Made by a program: the position numbers and the translations under genes. The notes beneath the pieces are model-generated. The model was not told the origin of the DNA and ran no database searches. It saw only the letters and a program-made list of their open reading frames with translations. Below, piece by piece: positions 10,347 through 20,193 of a DNA stretch of 64,000 bases. Numbering within the stretch: position 1 is the first letter of the stretch; each line of letters starts with the position of its first letter. The DNA is from Clostridia bacterium. Lineage in GTDB: Bacteria > Bacillota > Clostridia > UMGS1883. The stretch is taken from assembly GCA_045636425.1 (NCBI GenBank), contig JAZTXM010000006.1, forward strand, positions 8,784-72,783, written 5' to 3'.

Positions 10347-10721
10347 ATGGCTGAAAACATAGTAGCTACAGAAAATGGCAATATAAAAATTTCTCCCGAG
10401 GTTATAATGCGTATCAGTGCTATTGCCGCACGTGAGATTGAGGGTGTGGCAGGTCTTGGCGCTGCTATTGCAATCGGTGACCTTTTGGGAAAAAAAGCTC
10501 CTTCTAAGGGTGTTAAGGTAGAGATTACAGAGGAAGGCACAATCATTGATGTACATGTAACCGTGAAATTCGGTATAAAGATTAATGAAATTGCTCCCGA
10601 AATTCAGAAGGTAGTAAAAAATGCCGTTGAAGAATATGCGGGCATCGAAAACGTAATTGTAAATATTTACGTAGACGGCATTGAAAACGAAGCCCCCGAA
10701 GTAAAGAAAGTGAAGAAATAA
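10347..10721 (+). CDS. Asp23/Gls24 family envelope stress protein
   Basis: IKISPEVIMRISAIAAREIEGVAGLG motif; promoter TTGATT-N17-TAAAAT upstream. Confidence 0.8.
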   Translation: MAENIVATENGNIKISPEVIMRISAIAAREIEGVAGLGAAIAIGDLLGKKAPSKGVKVEITEEGTIIDVHVTVKFGIKINEIAPEIQKVVKNAVEEYAGIENVIVNIYVDGIENEAPEVKKVKK

Positions 10722-10723
10722 TT

Positions 10724-10981
10724 ATGATAAGTGAACACGTAAACCGCGGGGTTTGTTCAAGGAAGACCGTTGTTGACCTTGCCCCTGACGGGACGATAAA
10801 TGATATAAGAATCGTAGGAGGATGCAGCGGCAATACAAACGGTATCGCCATGCTCCTTAAAGGAATGAAAGCACAGGACGCAATTGAAAGGATGAAAGGT
10901 ATCGACTGTAACGGCAGAGGTACCAGTTGTCCCGATCAGGTTGCAAGGGCATTGAGCGAAGCAATAAAAAACCTCGGTTAA
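10724..10981 (+). CDS. TSCPD domain-containing small protein
   Basis: Literal TSCPD motif and conserved Cys pattern; terminator hairpin at 10963-10994. Confidence 0.5.
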   Translation: MISEHVNRGVCSRKTVVDLAPDGTINDIRIVGGCSGNTNGIAMLLKGMKAQDAIERMKGIDCNGRGTSCPDQVARALSEAIKNLG

Positions 10982-11011
10982 TCCGAGGTTTTTTTATTGC
11001 TTCGCTCTGTT

Positions 11012-11539
11012 TTATACTCCCAACACCAACACGCTATCCATTTTCACGTCAAATTCATTGTGGGGAAGTGAATCTAAATAAAATTCCTTTGCACACACGC
11101 CTAATTTAAAGGGGTTAATATCGCTTAAAAAGCGGTCATAATACCCCTTTCCGTAACCGAGACGATAGCCTTCTTTGTCAAAGGCAATCCCCGGAACTAT
11201 GACAAAATCAACTTTTTCTTTCGGAAATTCCACAGGATTCTTCGGCTCTAAAATCCCGAAAAAGCCTTCCTTTAGCTCATCAAAGGAACTAATTTTCACG
11301 CAAATCATATTGCCCTCTTTATCGGTGCAATAAGGAACGACCACTTCTTTTTCTTTCAAAAGCTCTTTAATTAAGGTGTGCGTGCCAACCTCTCCTTTTG
11401 CGGAAACGTAGCAGAAAACCACCCTTGCCCGGGAAAATTCGGGATATGCCTTTAAATCCTCAAGCTTTAAATCAACCAAATCAGCCGCTTTGCGACGGGA
11501 AAGAAACTCCCTTCGCAAAGCGGCTTTATCTTTAACCAT
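11012..11539 (-). CDS. 5-formyltetrahydrofolate cyclo-ligase
   Basis: FVIVPGIAFDKEGYRLGYGKGYYDRFL motif of the MTHFS family. Confidence 0.8.
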   Translation of the reverse strand: MVKDKAALRREFLSRRKAADLVDLKLEDLKAYPEFSRARVVFCYVSAKGEVGTHTLIKELLKEKEVVVPYCTDKEGNMICVKISSFDELKEGFFGILEPKNPVEFPKEKVDFVIVPGIAFDKEGYRLGYGKGYYDRFLSDINPFKLGVCAKEFYLDSLPHNEFDVKMDSVLVLGV

Positions 11540-12203
11540 TATATTTTTCCTCGGCGTTTTTACGGATAAGGGAAATCATTTCATCATAGAGAGGCTTTGC
11601 AAATACTGCACTTCCTGCAACGAGGACATTTACCCCTGCTTCGGCGGCAAGTGCGGCAGTTTCGGCATTTATTCCGCCGTCCATCTGAATATCGATATTC
11701 TTTCCATGCTCGTGAGAACGGATATTTCTTACCTTGTCCAAAACTTCGGGCATAAACTTCTGTCCGCCGAATCCCGGTACAACGCTCATTACAAGCACCA
11801 TGTCAAGCTTATGCAAAACGGGGAAAAGAACCTCCTCGCTTGTGGCAGGCTTAATTGCAACCGCCGCTTTTACGCCAAAGGAATGAATATAGTCGATAAG
11901 TGAGTCCATATCCTCCACACATTCAGCGTGGAAAGTAATAAGCTCTGCTCCTGCTTTCACAAACGGCTCTACGAACATCTTTGGGTCAGTTACCATCAAA
12001 TGACAATCGAAGAAAAGCCCGCTGTCCCCCCTGATAGCCTTTACAATATCGGGTCCCATTGAAAGATTGGGAACAAAGTGTCCGTCCATAATGTCAATAT
12101 GTGCCCAGTCGGCACCTGCCTTTTCTATTGCGATAACGTCATTTCGGAGTGAACCAAAATCGGATGCAAGTATTGAGGGTGCAATTTTAATCATCAGTAT
12201 CAA
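11532..12203 (-). CDS. rpe: Ribulose-phosphate 3-epimerase
   Basis: Full-length match to the Rpe family (HIDIMDGHFVPN, GGINAETA). Confidence 0.9.
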   Translation of the reverse strand: MILMIKIAPSILASDFGSLRNDVIAIEKAGADWAHIDIMDGHFVPNLSMGPDIVKAIRGDSGLFFDCHLMVTDPKMFVEPFVKAGAELITFHAECVEDMDSLIDYIHSFGVKAAVAIKPATSEEVLFPVLHKLDMVLVMSVVPGFGGQKFMPEVLDKVRNIRSHEHGKNIDIQMDGGINAETAALAAEAGVNVLVAGSAVFAKPLYDEMISLIRKNAEEKYNG

Positions 12204-13087
12204 TCCTTTCTCTGCCAGTCCTTTATATCCTTTAGTTTATTAAAAAGTGCCACATAATTTTCATATCTGCTCGGTGCAATGCTTCCACCCAGAACGGCTT
12301 CCTTTACACAGCACCCTTTCTCTCCCACATGGTTGCAGGTGCGGAATTTGCACTCTCCGTGCAGGGAGGAAATTTCGGGGAAATACTGCCATAGGTCGGC
12401 GGCTCTCAGCTCATCAGCATCAAGCCTTGAAAACCCCGGCGTATCAAATACAAGGGTGTCGGAGGCGGCAATAAGCTCCACATGGCGTGTGGTGTGCTTT
12501 CCCCTCTGAATCTTGCTTACATCGCCTGTTTTAAGGTCTATTCCCGTGATTCTCTTAAGGAGACTTGATTTTCCAACTCCCGACAGCCCTGCAAAAGCAA
12601 CGGTTTTTCCTTTTATTATCTCACGGATTTCATCTACCCCCTCGCCTGTTTTGGCACTGGCACAAATGCAGGGATAGTTTGCTCTTTGGTATACGGATAT
12701 AAACTGCTCCGCCTCATCACTGTCCGCAAGGTCTGTTTTGTTAAGGCATATTACGGCTTTAATATTCTTGCTCTCCGCAATTACCAAAAGCTTGTCAAGA
12801 AGCGAAAAATCGGGGAGTGGAGATTTTGCCGCAGAAACCAAAAGTAATATATCCACATTGGAAACTCCCGGTCTTATGAGAAAATTCTTTCTGGGAAAAA
12901 TTTTCACAATATGTCCCGTAGAATCGGGATTAAGGGAAATCTCAACCTTATCTCCCACGATGGGGGAAAGCTCATCTTTTCTGAATTTTCCCCGTGCGTG
13001 GCACTCTATCACTTCATCTTCTGTTTTGACGTAATAGAATCCGCCTATTCCTTTTATAATTGTTCCGCAAAGTTTTGTGTTTGTCAA
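12200..13087 (-). CDS. rsgA: Ribosome small subunit-dependent GTPase A
   Basis: Circularly permuted GTPase motifs (NKTDL...GLSGVGKSSL) and C-terminal zinc-finger cysteines. Confidence 0.85.
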   Translation of the reverse strand: MTNTKLCGTIIKGIGGFYYVKTEDEVIECHARGKFRKDELSPIVGDKVEISLNPDSTGHIVKIFPRKNFLIRPGVSNVDILLLVSAAKSPLPDFSLLDKLLVIAESKNIKAVICLNKTDLADSDEAEQFISVYQRANYPCICASAKTGEGVDEIREIIKGKTVAFAGLSGVGKSSLLKRITGIDLKTGDVSKIQRGKHTTRHVELIAASDTLVFDTPGFSRLDADELRAADLWQYFPEISSLHGECKFRTCNHVGEKGCCVKEAVLGGSIAPSRYENYVALFNKLKDIKDWQRKD

Positions 13088-15009
13088 TATTTTACCTCTT
13101 CCTGGCGGATATAAACTCCGTCATAATATATCAAGAGGCCGGAGGTTTTTTCTATCTGGAAAGAAATAGTTTCCGTGCCTGTAGATGTTGTAATATCGCT
13201 TTCATAAATGGGCACGCCGTCGCAGACCAGCTTCACCGTAACTGCCTTTCCCTTGGGAAGACTTGTAAGCTTTAAGGAAACCGTCTTAGGCTTGGGGTTT
13301 TTCTCGGGCTTTACGGGAGGTTTGTCGGTTTCATCATCAGCTTCTGCCTTTTCCCCCGTTGAAATATAAAGGTCAATCTGTGTTCCTGTGGGAACGGTTT
13401 CATATGCATCTATGCTTTGCCTGAAAACCTGTCCCTTGGGATATTTTTCGCTGGAGGCTTCCTTTACGGAGCCTACCTTAAGCCCTTTTTCTTCAATGGC
13501 AAGAAGTGCCTCTTCACGGGTTTTTCCTACTAAATCGGGGACAATTTTTTGTTCTGCCCCCCTGGATACGTAGAGGATAACCTCCTCGCCCTCTGCCATG
13601 GTCTTTCCGTCGGAGGGGAACTGCTTAAAGATTATTCCTTCGTCATAATCTTCGTTATCCTCTTCCTCAATGGTTACCTTAAGACCTTTGTCCTCAAGCT
13701 TTTCCTTTACGCTCTTGTAGTGCTTGTTTTTATAATTACTGAGAACAAGGGCCTCAGGACCTTTGCTGACAACGACCTTGATTTCTCTGGATTTTTTCAC
13801 ATTAAAGTTTCCTTCAGGGTCCTGACTTATTATTGTGCCCTTAGGCTCATCGGAGCATTTTTCGCTGCTTTGTACCAATGTAAATTCCACGCTGTCCGTA
13901 GACGCGTCGCTTACAGCAAGTAACGCATCGTCGTATTTCATTCCCACCACGTTGGGGATTTTAACCTCCTCACTCTGTGGGAAAAGCAGTTTTATTCCCA
14001 AAACCATAAGTGCTATTACAGCGGCAAGGCCTATAATAATGGTTATCATAAGACCTCTGTTTGCTTTCTTTTTCTGATTTTTTCCGCCCTGTCCCGGTAT
14101 ACGCCTTTTTTGTACGGGATTGCGTTTGGGAATATCCTCCATACCCTCGCTGTCATATGCATTAAGGTGTGAAATAGCAATTGAGGGATTCTGATATACC
14201 TTTACAAGGTCCTGAAGAATTTCCGTTGCATTATTATAGCGAAGACGCTGTTCCTTTTTCATACAGCGGACAATAATTGCCTCAATTCCTGCAGGAAGCT
14301 CGGGATTTACCTCACATGGGAGTGTTGCCTCCTCCTGCAAATGCTGGAGAACTACGCTGATGCTCTCTTCTCCGTCAAAGGGAAGCGACCCGGTGAACAT
14401 TTCATACATAACCACGCCCAGGGAATAAATGTCGCTTCTAAGGTCGGTATAACCGCCCCTTGCCTGCTCGGGAGAAAGATAATGTGCACTTCCGATTGCA
14501 TTTTTCCCTGCGTTTACCATGGTGGAATTATTTGCGGCTCTTGCTATGCCGAAATCGGCAACCTTAAGCTTTCCGCTTTCCGTAATGATAATATTCTGGG
14601 GCTTAATATCCCTGTGAACAACGTGCTTTGAGTGGGCGTGCTCCAATGCTCTGCATATTTGCATCGAAAAATTGGTAGCTTCTCTGACGGTGAGCTTTCC
14701 TCCGCGGGAGGTGATGTACTGCTTCAGAGTTTCTCCCTCCAAAAGCTCCATTACTATGTAATGAAGACCGTCCTCCTCACCGACATCGTAAATCTGAACG
14801 ATGTTCTGATGTGAAAGACTTGCCGCCGCCTGTGATTCTACATTAAATCTTCGTATGAATTCCTCGTTTTCCTTGAATTCTTCCCGAAGAACCTTTACTG
14901 CAACATATCTGTTAAGCATTTTATCCATCGCTTTATATACGATTGCCATACCGCCCATGCCGATTTGTTCAAGCAATTCGTATCTGGAACCAAGTACTTT
15001 AGACTGCAT
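13084..15009 (-). CDS. prkC: Ser/Thr protein kinase with PASTA repeats (PrkC/Stk1)
   Basis: Hanks kinase motifs (VAVK, HRDIKPQN, DFG), a TM segment and C-terminal PASTA domains. Confidence 0.9.
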   Translation of the reverse strand: MQSKVLGSRYELLEQIGMGGMAIVYKAMDKMLNRYVAVKVLREEFKENEEFIRRFNVESQAAASLSHQNIVQIYDVGEEDGLHYIVMELLEGETLKQYITSRGGKLTVREATNFSMQICRALEHAHSKHVVHRDIKPQNIIITESGKLKVADFGIARAANNSTMVNAGKNAIGSAHYLSPEQARGGYTDLRSDIYSLGVVMYEMFTGSLPFDGEESISVVLQHLQEEATLPCEVNPELPAGIEAIIVRCMKKEQRLRYNNATEILQDLVKVYQNPSIAISHLNAYDSEGMEDIPKRNPVQKRRIPGQGGKNQKKKANRGLMITIIIGLAAVIALMVLGIKLLFPQSEEVKIPNVVGMKYDDALLAVSDASTDSVEFTLVQSSEKCSDEPKGTIISQDPEGNFNVKKSREIKVVVSKGPEALVLSNYKNKHYKSVKEKLEDKGLKVTIEEEDNEDYDEGIIFKQFPSDGKTMAEGEEVILYVSRGAEQKIVPDLVGKTREEALLAIEEKGLKVGSVKEASSEKYPKGQVFRQSIDAYETVPTGTQIDLYISTGEKAEADDETDKPPVKPEKNPKPKTVSLKLTSLPKGKAVTVKLVCDGVPIYESDITTSTGTETISFQIEKTSGLLIYYDGVYIRQEEVKY

Positions 15010-15032
15010 AATATTTCCTCCGTAAATAAATG

Positions 15033-15764
15033 TCAGACTTGTGCTAAAATGACGGTAATGTTGTCACTTCCGCCTGCATCATTTGCCAGTTTTATCAGCG
15101 TCTTAACGCCGTCCTCAAGACTTTCTAATCGCGAAAGTGTGTTTTCAATGGTTTCATCGCTGAGCATATTTGTAAGTCCGTCACTGCACATGAGAAAACG
15201 GCTTTTCGGGGAAGCCTTCACGTGAAAAACATCGGCATTAACTTCGGGAGAAATTCCCAAAGCCTTTGTAATGACGTTTTTCTGTGGATGGCCTGCCGCC
15301 TGCTCACGGGTAATGGCACCTGTTTCAATCATATATTCCACCAGAGAATGGTCCTTAGTCAGAAGACGAAGCTTTCCGTCTTGGTTTAAGGAGTATATTC
15401 TTCCGTCACCGACGTGGGCCATGTACGCCACATCATTCTTAAATACCAAAACGTCGGCAGTAGTACCCATTCCTGCAAGATTGGCTTTCTTTTTAGAAAG
15501 CGAAAGAATATATTCGTTGGCTTTTTCAAGAGCTTCTCCCATCATCAGCATAATCTGCCCCGGAAGAAGAGCTTTTTTCAGGCTTTGGCTGAGGAAATCA
15601 AAAATAATTTCCCCTGCAATTTTGCTGGCAGTTTCGCCGCCGTTATGTCCGCCCATGCCGTCGGTAAGAATCAGCACGGTAAAGCCCTCTATATTTTCCG
15701 ATATGAAATAATCTTCGTTTATTTCACGAAGCATACCTCTGTCGCTAAGTGAATAAAACTGCAT
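15033..15764 (-). CDS. stp: PP2C-family Ser/Thr phosphatase (Stp/PrpC)
   Basis: DGMGGH and other PP2C metal-binding motifs; paired with prkC. Confidence 0.85.
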   Translation of the reverse strand: MQFYSLSDRGMLREINEDYFISENIEGFTVLILTDGMGGHNGGETASKIAGEIIFDFLSQSLKKALLPGQIMLMMGEALEKANEYILSLSKKKANLAGMGTTADVLVFKNDVAYMAHVGDGRIYSLNQDGKLRLLTKDHSLVEYMIETGAITREQAAGHPQKNVITKALGISPEVNADVFHVKASPKSRFLMCSDGLTNMLSDETIENTLSRLESLEDGVKTLIKLANDAGGSDNITVILAQV

Positions 15765-15787
15765 ATTACCACCTCCCCAAAAGGGTT

Positions 15788-16804
15788 TTACAATTCATTG
15801 TTTCTGAGCTGTCCGCAGGAGGCATTTATATCTGCACCTAATTCTCTGCGGATTGTTGCATTTATTCCAAGGCTTTCAAGAGCCTTTTTAAAATTCTGCG
15901 TTTCTTTCTCGCTTGTACGAATGTTGTCACGCTCCCTGACGGGATTTACGGGGATTAAATTCACGTGACAGTTTTTTCCCCGAAGAAGCCTTGCAAGGGT
16001 GCGTGCTTCCTCCGCATTGGAGTTTTTATCTTTAACCAACGCATACTCGAAAGTTATGCGCCTGTGGGTTTTATCAAAGTAATAGTCGCAGGCACTCATC
16101 AGACTTTCAAGGGAATACGCCTTTGCCACGGGCATCAGCGTCTTTCTCACGTCGTCTGTGGGGGCATGGAGGGAAATTGCTAAGTTTATGGGAATTTCCT
16201 CATCTGCAAGGGTGCGGATTTTATCCGCAAGTCCGCATGTAGAAAGGGTAATGTGCCTGTAGCCCATTCCGATGCCCGATTCATCATTTATGTTTTTCAA
16301 AAATGTAATTATATTGTCGTAATTATCAAGCGGCTCGCCTATTCCCATAATTACCACACTGTTTATTTTTACGCCAAGGTCCTTTTGTGCCCTTAAAATC
16401 TGCCCCTCTATTTCAAAGGGGGAAAGATTTCTCGTCAGTCCGTGGAGCGTGGAAGCACAAAAGCTGCATCCCATTCTGCACCCAACCTGGCTTGAAATGC
16501 AGATGCTTTTCCCGTGGTGATAGTCCATTACCACGGTTTCAATTATATTGCCGTCAGAAAGGCGGAGAAGATATTTTACCGTCCCGTCCAGCTTGCTTTC
16601 AAGCTTTTTGTGTATAGTGGGAAGAAAAATTTCAAATTCCTCGCAAAGCTTTTGTCTTAGCGTAAGGGGAATATTCGTCATTTCATCGGGAGCCTCAATT
16701 CCGCCGTGAATCCATTTATAAATCTGGTCAGCACGAAAGGGGCTTTGCCCGATGCTTTTTATATATTCTTTTAGCTGTGCTTTTGTCAAATCACCTAAAT
16801 TCAA
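15788..16804 (-). CDS. rlmN: 23S rRNA (adenine2503-C2)-methyltransferase, radical SAM
   Basis: CxxxCxxC radical SAM motif (CRMGCSFCAS) and RlmN-like ends. Confidence 0.9.
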   Translation of the reverse strand: MNLGDLTKAQLKEYIKSIGQSPFRADQIYKWIHGGIEAPDEMTNIPLTLRQKLCEEFEIFLPTIHKKLESKLDGTVKYLLRLSDGNIIETVVMDYHHGKSICISSQVGCRMGCSFCASTLHGLTRNLSPFEIEGQILRAQKDLGVKINSVVIMGIGEPLDNYDNIITFLKNINDESGIGMGYRHITLSTCGLADKIRTLADEEIPINLAISLHAPTDDVRKTLMPVAKAYSLESLMSACDYYFDKTHRRITFEYALVKDKNSNAEEARTLARLLRGKNCHVNLIPVNPVRERDNIRTSEKETQNFKKALESLGINATIRRELGADINASCGQLRNNEL

Positions 16805-16809
16805 GGCTT

Positions 16810-18066
16810 TTACTTCCTTTCAAAAACGGCGTAGAAAAAGCCGTCGGTACCGTCTGTATGAGGCATAAGCTGTTTTTGCTCTGTCAGGGAAAATTCAGAA
16901 AAGTTTTCCAAAATCCAGGCTACATTATCCTCGTTTTCGCTTTTATTTATTGTGCAGGTGGAGTACATAAGCCTTCCGCCCGGCTTTACATATTTTGCAG
17001 CATTGGAGAGTATATCACGCTGTATTTTTACAAGCTCATTATTTCCTAATTCCGATTTTGTCCATTTAATATCGCTCTTTCTGCGGATTACTCCCAATCC
17101 CGAACAGGGGACATCTGCCAATACAGCGTCAAAGCCGTCCATAAATTCGGGGCAGAAAACGGTAGCGTCGTTTAGCATAACGCGGGCATTTGTAACGCCA
17201 AGCCTCTTAAAGTTGTTTTCAATGAGTGCAAGCTTATGGCTATGTATATCGCAGGAAACAATTTCTCCCGTGTTATCCATAAGCTGTGCCATAAATGCAC
17301 TCTTACCGCCGGGGGCGCTGCATAAATCGAGCGCTCTCATGCCCTTTTTAAGCCCGAATGCCGAAATTGCTATTTGAGAAGCTCCGTCCTGAATTGCAAT
17401 GGCTCCGCTTTTAAATTCCTCTGTGTTTTCCGCACCACGGCTTCCCACGTATCGATAGGAAAAATCGCTGTCAGCCGTTTTTTCAAAATCCTCTCCGAGA
17501 GAGGTGCATTTGAGGGTGTTAAGCCTTACCGTTACGGGAGGAGTTTCATTCATTGCTTTAAAAAGCTCTGTGGTGTGTCCCTGGCTTTTCCATAAATCCA
17601 CCAACCACAAGGGCATGGAGTATTTTATGCTTATATATTCGCCGCTTTCGGTGTCGTCGGGCAGAAAATCCCCCGACGCAGCCGCTTTCCGAAGCACCGC
17701 ATTCACAAATCCGCCCGAGGCGCTGTGACCATACCTTCTTGCAAGGCGGACACATTCGTTTACCGTGGCACTTTCGGGGATTCTGTCAAGAAAACGAAGC
17801 TCAAAGATTCCCATTCTCAGAATGTTGAGAATCCATACGGAAAGCTTTTTTAACTTTATTGAAGATATGTTAGCTATAATATTATCCAGAAAAAGACGGT
17901 TTTTCATTGCCCCGAAAGCAATATTTGTTGCAAGGGCATTGTCTCTCGGCTCCATATTGGCAGATGCCAGTATGTCCCTGAGTGCAATATTAAGATATGC
18001 ACCGTCCTTTTCGCAGTGGTATAACGCTTTAAGTGCCGCCTCACGGGGCTTTGAAAGTGAACTCAT
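16810..18066 (-). CDS. rsmB: 16S rRNA (cytosine967-C5)-methyltransferase
   Basis: NusB-like N-terminus plus SAM-MTase domain (DLCSAPGGKS, PCSGLGV). Confidence 0.85.
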   Translation of the reverse strand: MSSLSKPREAALKALYHCEKDGAYLNIALRDILASANMEPRDNALATNIAFGAMKNRLFLDNIIANISSIKLKKLSVWILNILRMGIFELRFLDRIPESATVNECVRLARRYGHSASGGFVNAVLRKAAASGDFLPDDTESGEYISIKYSMPLWLVDLWKSQGHTTELFKAMNETPPVTVRLNTLKCTSLGEDFEKTADSDFSYRYVGSRGAENTEEFKSGAIAIQDGASQIAISAFGLKKGMRALDLCSAPGGKSAFMAQLMDNTGEIVSCDIHSHKLALIENNFKRLGVTNARVMLNDATVFCPEFMDGFDAVLADVPCSGLGVIRRKSDIKWTKSELGNNELVKIQRDILSNAAKYVKPGGRLMYSTCTINKSENEDNVAWILENFSEFSLTEQKQLMPHTDGTDGFFYAVFERK

Positions 18067-18770
18067 CAGTCATCATTCCTTCTGGAGCTTACGAGCATAA
18101 GAAGCCTCAGTAGCTGCATAATAGAAACAGCCGCCGCCGCAACGTATGTCATTGCCGCCGCTCCCAGCACCTTTTTCACTGCGGGAACTTCATCGCTTTC
18201 AAGATAGCCGCCGTTTGAAAGAGTAGCAATGGCTCTTCTTGATGCGTTAAACTCAACAGGGAGAGTAACAAGCTGAAAGAGAACTGCCAGTGAGAAAAAG
18301 GCAATTCCCGCATAAGCAAGAGCTCCGTATGACAGAAGAAGTCCTAAAATTACAAGATAAGGACCTGCCATAGAGCCGATATTTGCAACAGGGACAATAG
18401 CGTTGCGAAGCTGTATGGGTTTATAATTTGTAGCATGCTGAACGGCGTGGCCTGCTTCGTGTGCCGCAACTCCAACCGCCGCAACGGAGGTGGAGCTGTG
18501 TACGCTGTCGGAAAGCCTGATAACATTTGCCTTAGGGTCGTAATGGTCGGTAAGCTCACCGCGGACTCTTTCGATGCGGACATCGTAAAGCCCGTTGGAA
18601 TCTAAGATTCTTCTTGCCGCCTGCTCGCCCGTAATATTTCTGCCTGTATGCATGGAAGAAAACTTTTTGAAAGTGGAATTAACTCTCATTGACGCAATCA
18701 TTGAAAATATACCTGCAATGAGTACCAGTACAAGACCGGCATCCATATAATAGCCAAACCCGAATAACAT
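18066..18770 (-). CDS. Putative zinc metallopeptidase (membrane)
   Basis: HEAGHAVQH zinc-binding motif; TM helices. Confidence 0.6.
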   Translation of the reverse strand: MLFGFGYYMDAGLVLVLIAGIFSMIASMRVNSTFKKFSSMHTGRNITGEQAARRILDSNGLYDVRIERVRGELTDHYDPKANVIRLSDSVHSSTSVAAVGVAAHEAGHAVQHATNYKPIQLRNAIVPVANIGSMAGPYLVILGLLLSYGALAYAGIAFFSLAVLFQLVTLPVEFNASRRAIATLSNGGYLESDEVPAVKKVLGAAAMTYVAAAAVSIMQLLRLLMLVSSRRNDD

Positions 18771-18776
18771 ATAAAA

Positions 18777-19703
18777 TCACACTCCTAATTTTGTGCCTTT
18801 TTCGATTTTGTGTCCGCGGAGATAATCCTCGGCGGACATTTTCTTTTTGCCCTCTACCTTAATTTCTTTTATAATGACACTGCCCTTTTTGCAGGCAACC
18901 TTGATTCCGTCAGAATCTGCACTAAGAACCTCGCCCGCATTTCCTTCATCGTCGCATTTATACACAAAGTCAACGACAAATCTCTTTCCTCCGATAAAGC
19001 TGAAAGCCTTCGGCCAGGGATTAAGCCCCCTTACTTTATTGTAGATTTGTTCGTTAGTATTATTCCAGTCAATTTCTCCCTCTGCTTTTGAAAGCTGGGA
19101 GGCATATGTGGAAAGGGCATCGTCCTGCTTTTCGGGGGTAATTGTTCCCTCTTTTAAACCGTCCAGGGTTTTAAGAAGCACCTCTCCGCCCAGAACTGCC
19201 AGAGCATCGTGATACTCTCCTGCTGTGGTTTCTTCCCCTATGGGAAGCTCGCTTTTTATGAGCATATCGCCTGTATCAAGCCCCTTTTCCATGTACATGC
19301 TTGTGACGCCGCTAACCTTTTTGCCGTCAATTACAGCTCTTTGTATGGGAGCGGCACCGCGGTATTCGGGGAGAAGAGACCCGTGGATATTGATGCATCC
19401 GTATTTGGGATAATTAAGTATATATTCGGGAAGTATCTTTCCGTAAGCCACCACTACAATAATGTCGGGATTAAGCTCCTTAAGGAGAGGAAGAATGGCT
19501 TCATCTTTAAGTGTATCGGGCTGATACACGGGAATGTCCTTCTCCAAAGCAAATATTTTTACTTCGGGCATTGACATCTCGTATCCTCTGCCCTTGGGCT
19601 TATCGGGCTGAGTTATTACGCCGATGACATCTCGTTTATCATCAACAAGTGCTTTCAGCGAAATTTGTGCAAACTCGGGTGTTCCCATAAATAATATACG
19701 CAT
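18777..19703 (-). CDS. fmt: Methionyl-tRNA formyltransferase
   Basis: Start moved to internal ATG at 19703 (MRILFMGTPEFA), RBS GGAG upstream. The six-frame ORF extends 49 codons further. Confidence 0.9.
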   Translation of the reverse strand: MRILFMGTPEFAQISLKALVDDKRDVIGVITQPDKPKGRGYEMSMPEVKIFALEKDIPVYQPDTLKDEAILPLLKELNPDIIVVVAYGKILPEYILNYPKYGCINIHGSLLPEYRGAAPIQRAVIDGKKVSGVTSMYMEKGLDTGDMLIKSELPIGEETTAGEYHDALAVLGGEVLLKTLDGLKEGTITPEKQDDALSTYASQLSKAEGEIDWNNTNEQIYNKVRGLNPWPKAFSFIGGKRFVVDFVYKCDDEGNAGEVLSADSDGIKVACKKGSVIIKEIKVEGKKKMSAEDYLRGHKIEKGTKLGV

Positions 19704-19707
19704 AGAA

Positions 19708-20181
19708 TTACTCCTCATTTTGTTCCAATTCAAATACCTCGGAGGCTTTTTCAACATAAAGTGTGCCGTCAAGGTGGTCGCACTCGTGGCAAATGCACCT
19801 TGCATAAAGGTCCTCGCCCGTAAATTCAAATTCGTCTCCGAATCTGTCAAATGCCTTCACGGTAGCTTTCTGCGGTCTTGTAACCGTTCCTGCCTTACCG
19901 GGAACGCTGAGGCAGCCTTCCGTATCGGTAACACTGCCCTCGGTGTGGATAATGACGGGGTTTATAAGCTCAAGCATACCCTCGTCCTCGCCTAAATCTA
20001 TCACAACCGCTCTGCGAAGAATTCCCACCTGGGGTGCGGCAAGTCCCACTCCGTTTGAAAGAATGAGCGTTTCCTGCATATCGTCAAGAAGTGTGTGAAG
20101 CTTTTCGTCAAAATTTTCCACCTCACGGCATTTCTTTTTAAGGCAAGGGTCACCTATTTCTCTGATTTTTCTTATCGCCAT
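19708..20181 (-). CDS. def: Peptide deformylase
   Basis: GLAAPQVG, EGCLS and HECDH motifs. Confidence 0.9.
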   Translation of the reverse strand: MAIRKIREIGDPCLKKKCREVENFDEKLHTLLDDMQETLILSNGVGLAAPQVGILRRAVVIDLGEDEGMLELINPVIIHTEGSVTDTEGCLSVPGKAGTVTRPQKATVKAFDRFGDEFEFTGEDLYARCICHECDHLDGTLYVEKASEVFELEQNEE

Positions 20182-20193
20182 GTTAATTTCTCC

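Noticed and set aside
18777-19850. 49-codon N-terminal extensions on fmt and analogous ORF-track extensions on yicC, hrcA, asnA, the DUF1015 gene, pgk, the MFP and the ABC ATPase
   Set aside because: Internal ATGs with proper SD spacing coincide with conserved N-termini (MRILFMGTPEFA, MIKSMTGYG, MELSNRKKAIL after CIRCE, and others), and the extensions overlap upstream genes or operators
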